This document shows, one piece after another, positions 1 to 11,771 of a DNA stretch of 64,000 nucleotides; the stretch's first letter is position 1; each line of letters starts with the position of its first letter. Under the pieces are notes generated by a model. It saw nothing but the letters and a program-made list of their open reading frames with translations, did not search any database and was not told the origin of the DNA. The DNA lies in contig JBPGPT010000006.1 of NCBI GenBank assembly GCA_051047955.1, positions 558,001-622,000 of the forward strand, in the 5' to 3' direction. Position numbers and translations under genes: made by a program. The DNA comes from Cystobasidiomycetes sp. EMM_F5 (taxonomy: Eukaryota).

Positions 1-930
1 GAAAGCGAAACCCCTCTGGAAACGTTGGGCCGAGCATGAATACATATACGGCGAGCTTGCTGCGGTCAAACAGCTTGAAGCGCGTTTATCGGAAACATAT
101 CCCAACGATCCTCCAATCATTCGCTTCACCGACAGGCACTCATACCTCGATTTGAATGACATTGCAGCCGTTGATCTAGGACGACAACTGACAATTTCGG
201 TACCGCAGCAGACTGGCGAATCTTCGACACACACGACAAAGAAGCCGGAAGCGGTGCCGCCTGCTATACAACCGCCAAATTTCGACGCTCCGCCTTATCA
301 ACAGCCTTACCAGCCTGGTCCTGAGATGGTGCAGCCGCCGTACGGGGCGACTCCCCAACAGCCTCCGATGCAGCCGCCAATGTTCGCCAACCCACCAATG
401 AATTATCCTAGAGGTCCCCCAAGTATCGATGGCAGTCTGGATAGCGCACGCCGGTCGAGCAGGGCAGGTGGCAACAATAGACGCCGCAGATCACCATCTC
501 CGCAACGATATCCTAGCAAACGTGCACCCAGTCCACCTCGAGTCAGTAGGCACACGCCGCCCTCTGACTTCCCTGAAAGCATACCGTGGATGATGAGCCA
601 GCTTCCGAGCAAGACCGTATTTGCACGTAAGTTCGCGGCGCTTGTTATGTGGTCTCTTAACTAATTGTACGAGTGCACAGCGCACGGACCGATACTGGAT
701 GCTCAGCAAGTCATACACGCTCTCATGAACGCGCCTCTGCCCCCTGGTCCAGAACATAGCCGTGGTCGCGACCGCTCCATTAGTCCTAGACGGCGCATGG
801 GCGGGCCTGGCGGACCTATGGGTGATCGTAAGGGAGGATCAATTGCGTTGTTTTCCCGCTACTAAGTCCAGCCACATTCCATTTGTTAGGTCGGCGTTCT
901 CCCGATTATGGCCCTAGGCGGCGCGGATAA
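1..930 (+). CDS. RNA14: mRNA 3'-end processing factor Rna14/CstF-77, 3' part (gene starts before the window)
   Basis: Frame 2 from the window edge reads KAKPLWKRWAEHEYIYGELAAVKQLEARLSETYPNDPPIIRFTDRHSYLDLNDIAAVDLG, matching the last HAT repeats of fungal Rna14. It is followed by a Pro-rich linker and a hinge-like IPWMMSQLPSKTVF..GPIL segment. Two short introns; stop TAA at 928-930. Confidence 0.85.
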
Positions 931-1053
931 GGAGGCAACAGCGTCACCGGGCTATTGTACTGGATATGATTGCAACAATATATAGTTGTAATTCAAGTAT
1001 TACAAGCCACCTACAGCTTGATAATGGTAAATGCCTGGGCATGCCCGATCACC

Positions 1054-2956
1054 TCACAGTCCACTACTGTCCGCACACTCGCCAGTCGCTTCATCGACGG
1101 ATATCATCTGTAGAGCACAAATTTCAGTCGCCCAGTATCGAATAATAGGAACCACATGCTGACCAGACCATCGAAGCATGGCTGCATTCTGATTGGGCCT
1201 TTCGGTCCGCCCTCCCATTCTTCCAAAGACTCGAGTGCAATCTGGATTAACTCGTCCCCATTATCGCTGTGTCGCATCTTGGGGTTAAAAGCACCAAACG
1301 ACATCTTTTCTGCTCGCGATTGAAGGCCACCAGGCTCTGTCTGTGGTTTGATCGATGGCCGCTGACCGCTGGACACTGCCGCAAAGGCACGCTCCCAGGT
1401 GGCGTGGGTGACGCTGCGGGTTCAAGCACATAAATTACAATGCACAGCCGTCATGTGTATGAGCTTTACCGGTGAGCGAAGCCTAGCGTGTAGGTGCGCT
1501 TTGCCTGCAATCGGCGCGCAGTGGCGACGGCTTGCGCAAAGCTGCAGAAACGCTTGAGCATGAAACGCTGTCAATGACCGATTATTTACCCAAAGTGCGA
1601 GGTATGCGGATATACCCGTAAGCAGTCTATTAGCAGAATTTGAGGCCTTGTCGCGTTACGGGGTGTTTGTGACCCGCCCAAAATGGATGCCTTGCCGTTC
1701 GACAGCTTTGCCATTTCAAGGCTCTCCTTCGCTTCGTGCAGCACGTCGCTGGCGTCTTTAGAGGAAGCGGCGGCCTCTATCTCTTGGTTGCCCTTTCGTT
1801 GCGTGCTCCCCTCCAACAATTCCCAAGTGGATTCGGGAATGAAAGATACGTCCGATATGTATACTATGCTTCTGTTGAACATGAAGCCTAAACACCAGTA
1901 GGGCTCTTTCTTTATGAAGTACACTCCGTGGTGCACTGGTAACGGTGTGACGGTGACGCCGCACACATCGAATGTATTGTTTTCGTCAAATATGATCCAG
2001 TTCCTTTTGTGTGCAAACATCGGCATAAGTCATGAAAACACAAAATGTAGATGCAGGCTTACATAGCGGGAACATCGCCGCCGCCAGTAGCGAGCTCTTT
2101 ACTAACAAGGTATGGGTAGGTCTAAGCAGATAGAAATCTCAACGCCAGGCAGCAAGCGATGGTGGAGGTATTGCAGGCTCACACGTTGGATCTCCTGGAA
2201 CGTCTGTTGCGTAACGTATATGTCCATAGTCGGCTGGATGGCACCCCCAAGTGTCCATCCTGCGGATTCTCAGGTTTAGTCGTTGACGGGTTATATGAAC
2301 GACCGGCGGTCTCACAGACCTCGCAAATCATCCAGACCTGACATTGCGTCACTGTATTGTAGATTGGTCACTTAGCGAAGCATGCCAAGCGTCTAGATCT
2401 ACCTATGGGCATGCGTGATGATCTGTTTCAAAAGCGTTCAGCAAAGAGAAGCCGCATACGAGATAATCGCCTTACGAGGGCATCTATCCTTCGGAACTTC
2501 TTCTTGGGAAACCATTCCAGCGCCGAAGTGAGGAAGGACTTTCCACAGTCGATAAGTATTGTTCTGTATACATACTCTCAATCGGATTGCGGCGGAAAAC
2601 AGTGAACACGCGCAAGAAGCTCACTTTGTTTTGCTATCGTCTACGAGTCCGCTAGCATGCTTCCTCTTGACCTGTATCAACGCGCTTGTGTTTCGTCGGA
2701 TATTCTTGACTCCCTCTGGCCGCATCGTTGAAACGCAGCACTCGCATCCATTATCCGGATCTGTTATGCACGATATGGCGGGCTTATAGACAAGAGGATT
2801 TGGTCGAGCGGAAAGCGTAGCATCAGACAGTATGACATTAATGGATATTACACATTTAGCGCTTCATTTTCGTCAGAGTGAAGTTTGGGCTGCATACAGA
2901 CTGACAATACACCCGCTCGTTCCCGTTCCAAGGAGATGAAGCTCGAGAAGTGACAT
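1054..2956 (-). CDS. Metallo-beta-lactamase-fold hydrolase (PhnP-like)
   Basis: Spliced model starts MSLLELHLLGTGTSG. It contains C..C..KNIRRNTS, IDCGKSF, THAHSDAMSGLDDLR (HxHxD metal motif), PLPVHHG, YISDVS, IDCLR and HTSHFG. Many short introns. Confidence 0.85.
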
Positions 2957-3678
2957 TCTGGTAGTAATATTACCACTGAGATGGCAAACAGATCATTACT
3001 TGGGTCGGTGGCAAACAGAAAGCGCAAGGCAAGGCAAGGCAAAGACAGTGATGAGCGCAGGTCCAGGCTGCACGGGATTTTAGCACATACTCTATCATTC
3101 ATCATAGGCGTCTATAGTAAATAGTAAATCTAGATTACAACAGGCGGAGGCAGGCAGAATACACATCTAGGGATTGACTTAGGACTTGGAAACGCACAGA
3201 CAAAAACACAAGCAGGAGCAGACAGGAGTGCGCAGGTTTATAGCTTCGAGGACTCTGCATTGAATTCATACCTCATAGGCGGTATCTTTGGGAAGGTCCG
3301 GATTGTGGGTTTCGACTCTTCGTTGCTCAAACGAGGAGAAACCCTCATCGCATGCAGCGCCATAGGGCGACCAGCGGCCCGGCGCAGCTCTCAATGTGGT
3401 GAAAGCATCACGATGGTTTTACGTCCACGACGCTGGCTTGGCCGTTACCAGTATCGTAGACGTCCAGCACATATAGCTACCGCATCTGTCGAGAAAATAA
3501 CTTGACAGATGCATGTATATAGATGAGGTGTACCAGCTAGATTGAGCGAGAGTGAATAGTGTTTGGCTTGAGTTTCAAATTGCAGAAACATGGGTTGATA
3601 GGTTTGGGTTCGATACGTCGGTGAACGCGCGCATCAAAGTTTAACATAAAAGACGCAAAACATTTTGGCAGATCGTGT

Positions 3679-5256
3679 TTAGTCTGCCTCTTGCTTGGAG
3701 AGATGGCCAAGTTGAGCTTGGTCTATGGCGCCAGCGCCATTGACCTTCTGATGACCAGGATAAGTCGTACAGGTATTGGAGTTGAAGAGGTTGGAATTGA
3801 GTAGATCGTCGAGGTATGACATTGAACCGCCCTCGACGGTAGCATCGGGTTTGGTGAGAGCACAGTGCACTGCTGCAATGTTTGCCGCACTTTGCTTCTC
3901 GCTACCATCCATACTGTGCTGAGCGCATCCACAGGAACAGTCCATCTTGATTTCGGTAGCATGTACGGCGGCGATATGTCGAGCGCAGTCGTGCCTTCGC
4001 GAGAATGACTTTGGGCAATGGCTACATGGATAAGGCTTGACGCCCAAGTGAGTATTGTAGTGCGTGGTGAGGTTGAAATTGCGGGAGAATGCGCGCTTGC
4101 AGCCAGGATACGAGCAGGAGAAGCGTTTGCTCTTCTCGGACAGCGATGTCTTGCCTCCTGTACGATGCTTGGAAACATTCGAGTCTACAGAAACGACAGA
4201 CCGGTTTGTAAGAGATGACTCGTCAGAGCTGTATGCGGACGCGGGAGATCCAGGCTGCGACGAAGTGACAGGGGACGGGGAGGTGTAGCTTGCTAATGCA
4301 GGTGGCTGAGGAGCAGGTATAGCCACAGGAGCATGCAAATGCAGCTGCGTTGGTGCATACTCTTGATATGCGAGCAGACCGGTTGGTGTGACACCAGTCG
4401 ATCCAAACGACAAGTGAGGTGCCCCGAGAAGCTCTTGATAGGTTTGCTGCATAGGCGCCATAGTATTTGCAGCAGCAACCTGGTATCCCTGGTTGTATGC
4501 CTGGATAAGTGCAATGGCAACCTCGTCAACGGTAATGTCCGATGACTGTAGGACGGCGGGGCTCACCTCGTATGGGGTGACGTATCCGTAATGTTGCTGC
4601 TGGTATGCATTGGGCGCATACTGCGCATACACGGCGCCAGTGATGGATGGGTAGGACGGGAAGGCTTGGTTGGGATCCATTTCTCCGCCTAGTGCGGGAG
4701 GCGCCGACACGCTGCTGATACTGCTAACACTCGAGCGGTGCGTGTTGGATGAATGGGCAGCTTGAAAGACCTTGTTGGCCATCTGCGAGAAAGAGTCGAC
4801 GGACTCGAAGCCAGGAGCTGCGATGGGAGGTGTCAATGGACCCGTGCTGCTTTCGCTAGAGGCCGATTCTGAGGTGAAGGAGTAGGCATTCCCATACTCC
4901 ACAGCGCAAGGGAAGGCAGAAGCAGGCGCCGAGGCTGGGTAGGTCTGCAAGTCCATCTCCATCGGCTGGCTGGATGGAAAAGCTTGCGAGACGAGCGGCT
5001 CGATAGCTGATTGCGAGTGAATCGAAGATCGAGCCATCCGCCTTGGAGCGTGATCCCGGGAGATGGTCGCATATTCATTCCTGAAGGCAGAGACGTGGCC
5101 TTGCATTGGAGTTTGCTGCTGCTGCTGGGTGAGCCCGGTCGGCATCACCGCTGAAGCTTCGAGGAGGGCATAGTCGACGGGCTTTGACGCGACCGGAGTG
5201 ACGGGACTGTACTCGTTGGCTGCCCTGTAGTCTGTATTGAGCCGCAGCGTGGCCAT
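3679..5256 (-). CDS. C2H2 zinc-finger transcription factor (two fingers)
   Basis: Single 525-aa ORF with FSCSYPGCKRAFSRNFNLTTHYNTHLGVKPYPCSHCPKSFSRRHDCARHIAAVH after a long Ser/Pro/Gln/Tyr-rich activation-like region. Confidence 0.9.
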   Translation of the reverse strand: MATLRLNTDYRAANEYSPVTPVASKPVDYALLEASAVMPTGLTQQQQQTPMQGHVSAFRNEYATISRDHAPRRMARSSIHSQSAIEPLVSQAFPSSQPMEMDLQTYPASAPASAFPCAVEYGNAYSFTSESASSESSTGPLTPPIAAPGFESVDSFSQMANKVFQAAHSSNTHRSSVSSISSVSAPPALGGEMDPNQAFPSYPSITGAVYAQYAPNAYQQQHYGYVTPYEVSPAVLQSSDITVDEVAIALIQAYNQGYQVAAANTMAPMQQTYQELLGAPHLSFGSTGVTPTGLLAYQEYAPTQLHLHAPVAIPAPQPPALASYTSPSPVTSSQPGSPASAYSSDESSLTNRSVVSVDSNVSKHRTGGKTSLSEKSKRFSCSYPGCKRAFSRNFNLTTHYNTHLGVKPYPCSHCPKSFSRRHDCARHIAAVHATEIKMDCSCGCAQHSMDGSEKQSAANIAAVHCALTKPDATVEGGSMSYLDDLLNSNLFNSNTCTTYPGHQKVNGAGAIDQAQLGHLSKQEAD

Positions 5257-5770
5257 GCTTTGAGCTGCTGAGATTGTGCAGATTGCAAAGACCTTCTTTT
5301 CGTTCCCGCGTCAGCTTTTCTCGTCAAAGTGCTGCGGATTTTCTGATCAACGCGCATATTTGCCGGCCGAGATGATTGCACAGCCCGACGGACAGTCCGT
5401 GCATTCCAACGAGGGCGTACGGTGCGGATATAGCAGGAGCTAAGTTGGATAGCCGCTGCACTCTGTTGCCGTGGTTACGGTATGGTGGATGTGCAGAGGG
5501 AGATCTAGAGCCTGAGTTTGCTTGTCCTACACAAAAATCTGCAAATAGGCAGGCAAGCATGCGACTAAAACGGAACACAGACGACTTCGAGCTTGCAGTC
5601 ATGAGATGGAGATCATTTCATTGTTGGACATTGTTTTCCGTTCTTTCTATTGATACAGTGGTTTTTCGGCAAAAGCGGATCCGGAGACTGCGACCCTCAG
5701 GAGATAAGTCGTACTGCCTTCCCCGGTCTTTGAGAATACAAACAAGCAATAAAGACGCGTTCGCGAGCAT

Positions 5771-8700
5771 CTAGCCCCTTGCGAACGTCTTGAAGAGTCT
5801 GCCAAGCTTTGCTTTCGGAGCATTGCTGACGGCCGCTTCCGTAGCTGTCTTGAGTGGGCTTGCTGGAGCAGCAATGGCATGCTCATCGTGCGATGTAGGT
5901 GGTTGGATGGGTTCACGAATAATCTGAGTAGCCGAATGTGATTTGTTGACCACTGCGGGGCGCGATGGCGCTAGAGTCTGTGGAGATCCAGCACGATCTG
6001 CCACTTCTGTATTGCTGTCAATGATCGGCTTCTGAACAGTCTCGTCGATGGAATGCAGCGGAGACCTGGCCGCGTACGAAGGACCGATGCTTCGTGACCG
6101 GTCATCGTACGACGTAGTGGATGAAAAGCTCGAAGCAGGAGTGAATGAGTGTCTAGAGGGCGACGAAGATACCGTACTGGAAGCTTGACCTGCCGGCGAA
6201 TGTGTCTGATGATGGCGACTACGTCCGGGTCGACCGTTCCTGGAGGCAATTCCAGTCGCAGATGGATCTTCCGCCTTCTTGACTCGTTCTCGCCGACTGC
6301 CAGTCGAGGCCCAGTGGCTGTTCTGTGATCTTCCGTCCTCAGACCACGATCCAGTAGAGGCGACCGATCCGAAACTGGATATGCCAGAGACAGAAGCCAT
6401 TGCGACCTCTTCCATCTTGGCCGGAGCAGATGCAGTAGGGTTGCGTGCGCCAGGAGCGCCAGACAAGGCTAGATCTCGCTGTCTGGCTCGATCGGCAAAC
6501 GCTTGCAGATCTGGATTACCATTTGCGAAGGCTCCTTTGAAGCGATCACTGAACCTTGGCTTGGACGGTCTTTTCGCAGCAAGGGCATCGGTAGCGCCAG
6601 AGCGGCTCGACATAGAGCCTGTAGATTTCGTAGCTTGGCTTATTTCGCGCGCAAATTCCTGAAGGTGCTGAGACGTCTCTGCGAGATTAGCGAGTGGGTC
6701 TAGCCTAGGCAGAGGGGTATGGACATGGTGGTCACGAGGGCGTGAGTGCCGATGGCGCGGTTCATCATCGTCAATCATGATGGTGCCGTCTGAGTGACGT
6801 ATCTTGCTCTTCCGAGCTCCGCGTTTGCGTCGGCCTTTGTTTTTGGGCTCTCCCTCCTGATCCAATGCGTCAAGCTCGAGAACTTCCACATCGTCGTTGA
6901 GATCCTGCAAGCTCTGCTGCATGTGTGGGGAGTCGAGTGCTAGCGCCTCCACTGTCCTGTCGTCAGTCGATTCGCGAGTATGGCTCTCAGCTTGCGCTTC
7001 TAGCTCCTCCACTATTTCGTTGCGCTCATCAGGTAACCTGAATGGTTGGCGAGAAGGAGAGCCTTCAATCTCCATGCTGGATCTAGGGGAACGGTGTTGT
7101 GGCGCATTGAAGACACGCGTGCCTTCCAGACGTGGAGATTGTTGTCTGTTCGTTGCCTTCATTACAAAGGTATTGTCGGAGATGCTGGCGCGCCGGCCTC
7201 CTTCGCCCATATACCGAACAAGCTTCTTGGCCCATAACGCGAACTCGCCTGCAGTGACCCGCCGATTAGCCGGCGCGTCCTTGCTCTCCTCTACGCTGCA
7301 GAAGACGCGGTCGGCTAGGTAAGTTGCGACTTCGGTCCCAATACCTTCGAAGCGCTTTTCAAGAAATTCGACTGGCGTCCGGCTAAAATGAGCAAAGTCT
7401 GTATCGTCCATAGTCGGATCCGCCCAAGGACATCGGTGGAAGAGGAGGTTTAGGAGGACAACACCTAGAGACCATACATCGGCACCTTTGGGCTCGTAGG
7501 ATGGCATTATGTTGTTTCGACATTCTATCGTACGTGTTACTTTCAGCATTACTTTTACACGTTGACAAAAGAACTACTCACCATAGGCCATATACGGCTT
7601 GCTTCCACAGTCAAAATCTTCGCAACGTTGTTCTGTAGTACCGAGGCCCCAGTCTGTGATCTTGATAGTCACCTTACCTCCGCTGCCCAACTCTGCTCGA
7701 TTATCGACGATAATGATGTTCTCCGGCTTGATGTCGCGATGCGCCAATCCTGCGTCGTGACAGGCTTGCAAGGCTTCGCACATTTGCACAAACATTCGCG
7801 AAATGAGGCGTAGGCGACGTCTCGATAGCAGTGCGGTGTCAGCAGTGGCAGCAAGCATAGAAGGACTAGGCGGCGTCGAGTCTCTGTTTTCATCAAAGAG
7901 GAAATGACCAGGTGCAGGCGATTCTCCCAACGGCGGATCAAAAGGCCGTGTTGGGACCCACCGTTGCATAATGCTAGTGGGCAACGCGGCTCTCGAGCTC
8001 AAGCGTGACGGAGCGCGACTTGGCTCTCCGTCAAACCCTTCCTCATCACGCGCTTGTTCGAGCCAGAAATACAGATCCTGTCCAGGACAGTACTCGAGTA
8101 CCAAGAAGAGCCAAGCTGGCGTCTCCATAGCCTGTTTCGCGACTGTTAGTCTTTTGCAACAACACAGTACAATATTTCACGTACTCTATGCAAGGCGACC
8201 ACATTTCTGTGTACGGGAAGGGCTTGGTGCAGCGTAACTTCCAGCTTCTGGACTGCCATCTGCGATTCCGATAGGTTTCGCTTGCTCAAGCATTTTAGCG
8301 CGAAATCCCGTCCATACACTGTACCAGTACCACGACTGCGCGTAGCAATTCCATCTGCGCCCGTGAAAGGCAGAGATTCGTCGTCTGTTGCGTCATCGTA
8401 CAGTACTTCACGGACCAGGTATACGATGGCGTAGGAACCATAGCCACTGTCACACCAAAGTACTCAGCAGGATGCACTCACGGAGTCAGGATACTGGGTA
8501 ACTTACAGTCGTCGAACAACCTCGAAGCGTATGCCGTCGTCTGGCGCTGGGTAGTTGGTACCAGCCCGATCGAGAGCTTCGACGATAGGATAACCTTCAT
8601 GCATAAGACCAATACCTAGTCGATCATGTTCAACAAGGGCATTCAAGTCTTGGTCAGTCCATACGAGCTCTTCGTCAAGGTTTGCCAGATGCCGCCGCTC

Positions 8701-10545
8701 GTCCTCGTCGTCCACAAATTCTGCCGGAAAAGTACCGGTCACCGTAGCGGAAGGTCCGGTATTTCCAGCATATCCCAGTGGGGGCGAGAGGAACCCATCT
8801 GCACCAATTGTGCCCATCGTTAATGTAGAAGATAGGGCACCTTTACTCGTGTTTGGCGTTCGAGCTTGATCATACTCGGTGGCAGCATGTCGTGGAAAGA
8901 GAACGTCATCTCTCCTATCGACAAACGTCCGTTCTGCATATTCATCGTCATCAAAGTCGTGTCGGCCATTAGTACGAGTATTGCGAATAGGGAGAGGTGA
9001 AGTTTGCGTTGAGCCTGGTTCGCGCTCGGCTGTAAAGAGCTCGGCCCGGAGCAGAGACAGTGCTGATGGGTTGCGGGAAAAGAAGCCGTGTCGTCTGGGA
9101 GTAGGCGAATTGGGAGTCATGAGATGGTTATCATCCCATCCGGGCACTTCGTCGACATCGTCTAGCGTATGCCATGGCTTTCCAGACGAGCCTGATGCGT
9201 GCAAGTTTGCAAAATCCGAGTCTCGTCGAGCTAGGGCTTGCTGCGAAGAAGGATGACCACTGACACCGCCACTACCGGATGCTGAAACGGTCGAAGCTAG
9301 CTCTCCAAAGGAGCCCGAGCGAGAATGTCCGCGCAGTGACGGGGATCGTACTCGGGTAACATGACTAACGCCTTCCAAGAAGCTCGAGTAGTTGGCAGTA
9401 GAGGGACGGCGAGGCACCCCAAATACACTAGACTGTCTGGATTGTGCGGCAGAACTGACTGCAGACAAGGATATACCGCTCATGTTTGATATACCCGACG
9501 CGATTGACAGGGTCGGACGTAACGGGATCCCGCCCATCCCGGATGGAGCATAATTGCTCGAAGTTGAACTTTGCGACGCGCCGCTGAAAGAAGACGAATG
9601 ATGATTGAGGTGTGGGAGACCATTCTTGAGGGTTTGCGAGATGGAAGACCCGTATTGCTGATGTTGTGGGGATACTGTCGTCGATCCGAAATGTGTAGCG
9701 GCTTCCGGGCTGGCTGTCCGGGTCGGGCTGCGAAATTGATGAAAGGGGGTGACAGTGTTGACAGGCGTCACTGGTGGTGCGGTATCGAAGGAAAGAACGG
9801 GTCTTCCAGATGAATTGACTGGGCCTAGCGATAGTGTGCCAGGCACGCTTCCGCCGAGACTTGTCGCGACTGTCGGACCCGATGTGCCAAGAGGTGATTG
9901 CGTGTACTGCAAGGGTGGTGGAAGACTGGCATTATGACGAGATGGCTTAGAAGGGCGACTTGCAGACGACGGAGCCGAGGGCGGAATGCTCAACGCAGAA
10001 GGCGAATGACTTTGGCTTGAGAGAAGAACAGATTGTGGTGTGAAGCCATGCACGGCACTAAGGGTTGCCTTTGATGCAGATTTTGGCGAATGTGTAATGT
10101 TGGGACTGGCAAAGAGGCCAATATGCGTCGGCGGAGGTGGACTAGCCTGAGCAGAAGATGGGCGGGAGCCGGCAGAAGAGGAAGAAGACGAGTTTGAGAC
10201 TGCATGCTGGTGCTGGGTGTAATACTGGTGCAAGGAAGTCGCCGAGGGAGTAGCCTGGGCGGTAGTGTGCGAGTTTGGCGAAAAGAGAGAAGACGAGCCA
10301 GAAGTCGGCACGTCTGCGGTCATCAAACCAAGTCCATTGTCGGTCGCACAATCGCCAGCTTGATGACTTTGCTTTGTATGCAATCGCTGGACATGTTTGG
10401 GAGAATGCGATACGGGCGGCATGCCCGAATGAAACAAAGACGAGGATGATGACGGTGAAGAGATAGATGAATGAGAAGCCAGACTCAAGCGGGACGATAG
10501 CTTTGGCGACGGTGTAGCTGGAGGTGGAGGAGATACGACGAGCAT
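5771..10545 (-). CDS. Ser/Thr protein kinase, Ran1/Pat1-Ksp1-like, with long disordered N- and C-terminal extensions
   Basis: Joining ORFs 8503-10560, ~8180-8450, 7574-8128 and 5771-7549 through GT-AG introns gives GSYAIVY, FALKCL, LVLEYC, HRDIKPEN, TDWGLG, CGSKPYMAYEC and ADVWSLGVVL. Start ATG uncertain. Confidence 0.85.
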
Positions 10546-11771
10546 GCGGACTGCCGCCAATTCGCCCGGATGGATTAGGATCTTCGGGCAGGAAGCGATT
10601 ATGCAGGAAGCTCTCGACGGCAGCCCTATACAAGTGAGTCTTCAATCCCTTCTCTGCTTTTCACTATCGCTGCTCCTCTGCCGCCGCAGCTGTCAAAGCT
10701 CGACGTCTGCTGACAGCTCTGCCCGATCAAGGCCGTCGCCAATCCACCGAGCCAGCTCGTCCGACAGCTGGCCCTCAGCGCGTCGCCCGACGTCCTCGAG
10801 GAGCAGTCCCAGGTTCGAGAGTGCGGTCAAAGGTCCCTATAACATCTGAGCGTTGTTGAGCGCTGTTGCCGAACTCGCCCAGGGCCAGTGCGGATGGGCC
10901 GGAGAGTTTAGATTCGCTGGAGCTGGGTGTGTCTCGCAAGGAATACTGATGCGAGCAGCGAACGAGGCAGTCCTTGCAAGACTTTGCAGGTCTGTCTCTT
11001 GCAGCGCAGTTCTGAAGTTTCAAGCCAGTCAGCCTAGGGATTCCGAGATGAGGATTGCTGCTCTGTTTCTGGCAGGCGCATAGACGAGCACGCGGTCCCC
11101 CATCCGGCAGTCATGCGCTGCGGCCAGACTAGGTCCTGAAGCTCACCTGTCAAAGACTGTGCTATATCGTATACAGAGTTTGCGTAGGATGTTGTAGCTG
11201 CTGGCGTGCTTGTGGGTTGCACTTGGGGTCTCGTTGGGTCGTTGCCTTTGAAGCGAGACGTGGAGCTGGCAGTGACGGCGAGCTGGGTGACCTCGAGCAC
11301 AGCAGCGGGCTCTGCAGCAGTTTAATTCAGACACTGCTATTTCGACGCAGGAAATGGTCAAAGCTGGCTCAATTCTGGTCCAATAGCCCAAGTCTCTGGC
11401 GTCATCTGGCACACTTGGATTTCTGGTAAGTTCCGAGTACGACATGCACTGAATTGCTACGCATGCATCGATTACAATCAAGCCTGCATTCAAGGTTCTG
11501 TTTACTCCATCCGCTGCTTTACAGGCGCAGCACTTCCCTCATTGCGTTAGATTGAGTCTACTGTGTTTACACGTCCTCGTCGACTCTACAAGTCAAAACA
11601 GTCACGTGGTCCGTCTGACACGTCCATACGTGTCTAGCGCTCCAGAGTCTAGAGCTTGCATTTGCTCTTCACTAGCCAGCAAATAACACGCGTATAGCAT
11701 AGATAACAACCCATCAACCCATACTGAGCCTGACCGCGTTCCCCTTTCGGCACTCGATAACACCACCACCA

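Noticed and set aside
3024..3043. (CAAGG)x3 repeat upstream of the metallo-hydrolase
   Set aside because: Short microsatellite with no supporting evidence of function.
3940..4130. Calling the C2H2 factor Crz1
   Set aside because: The fingers are Crz1-like, but no clear third finger or PxIxIT motif is visible, so orthology is unsupported.
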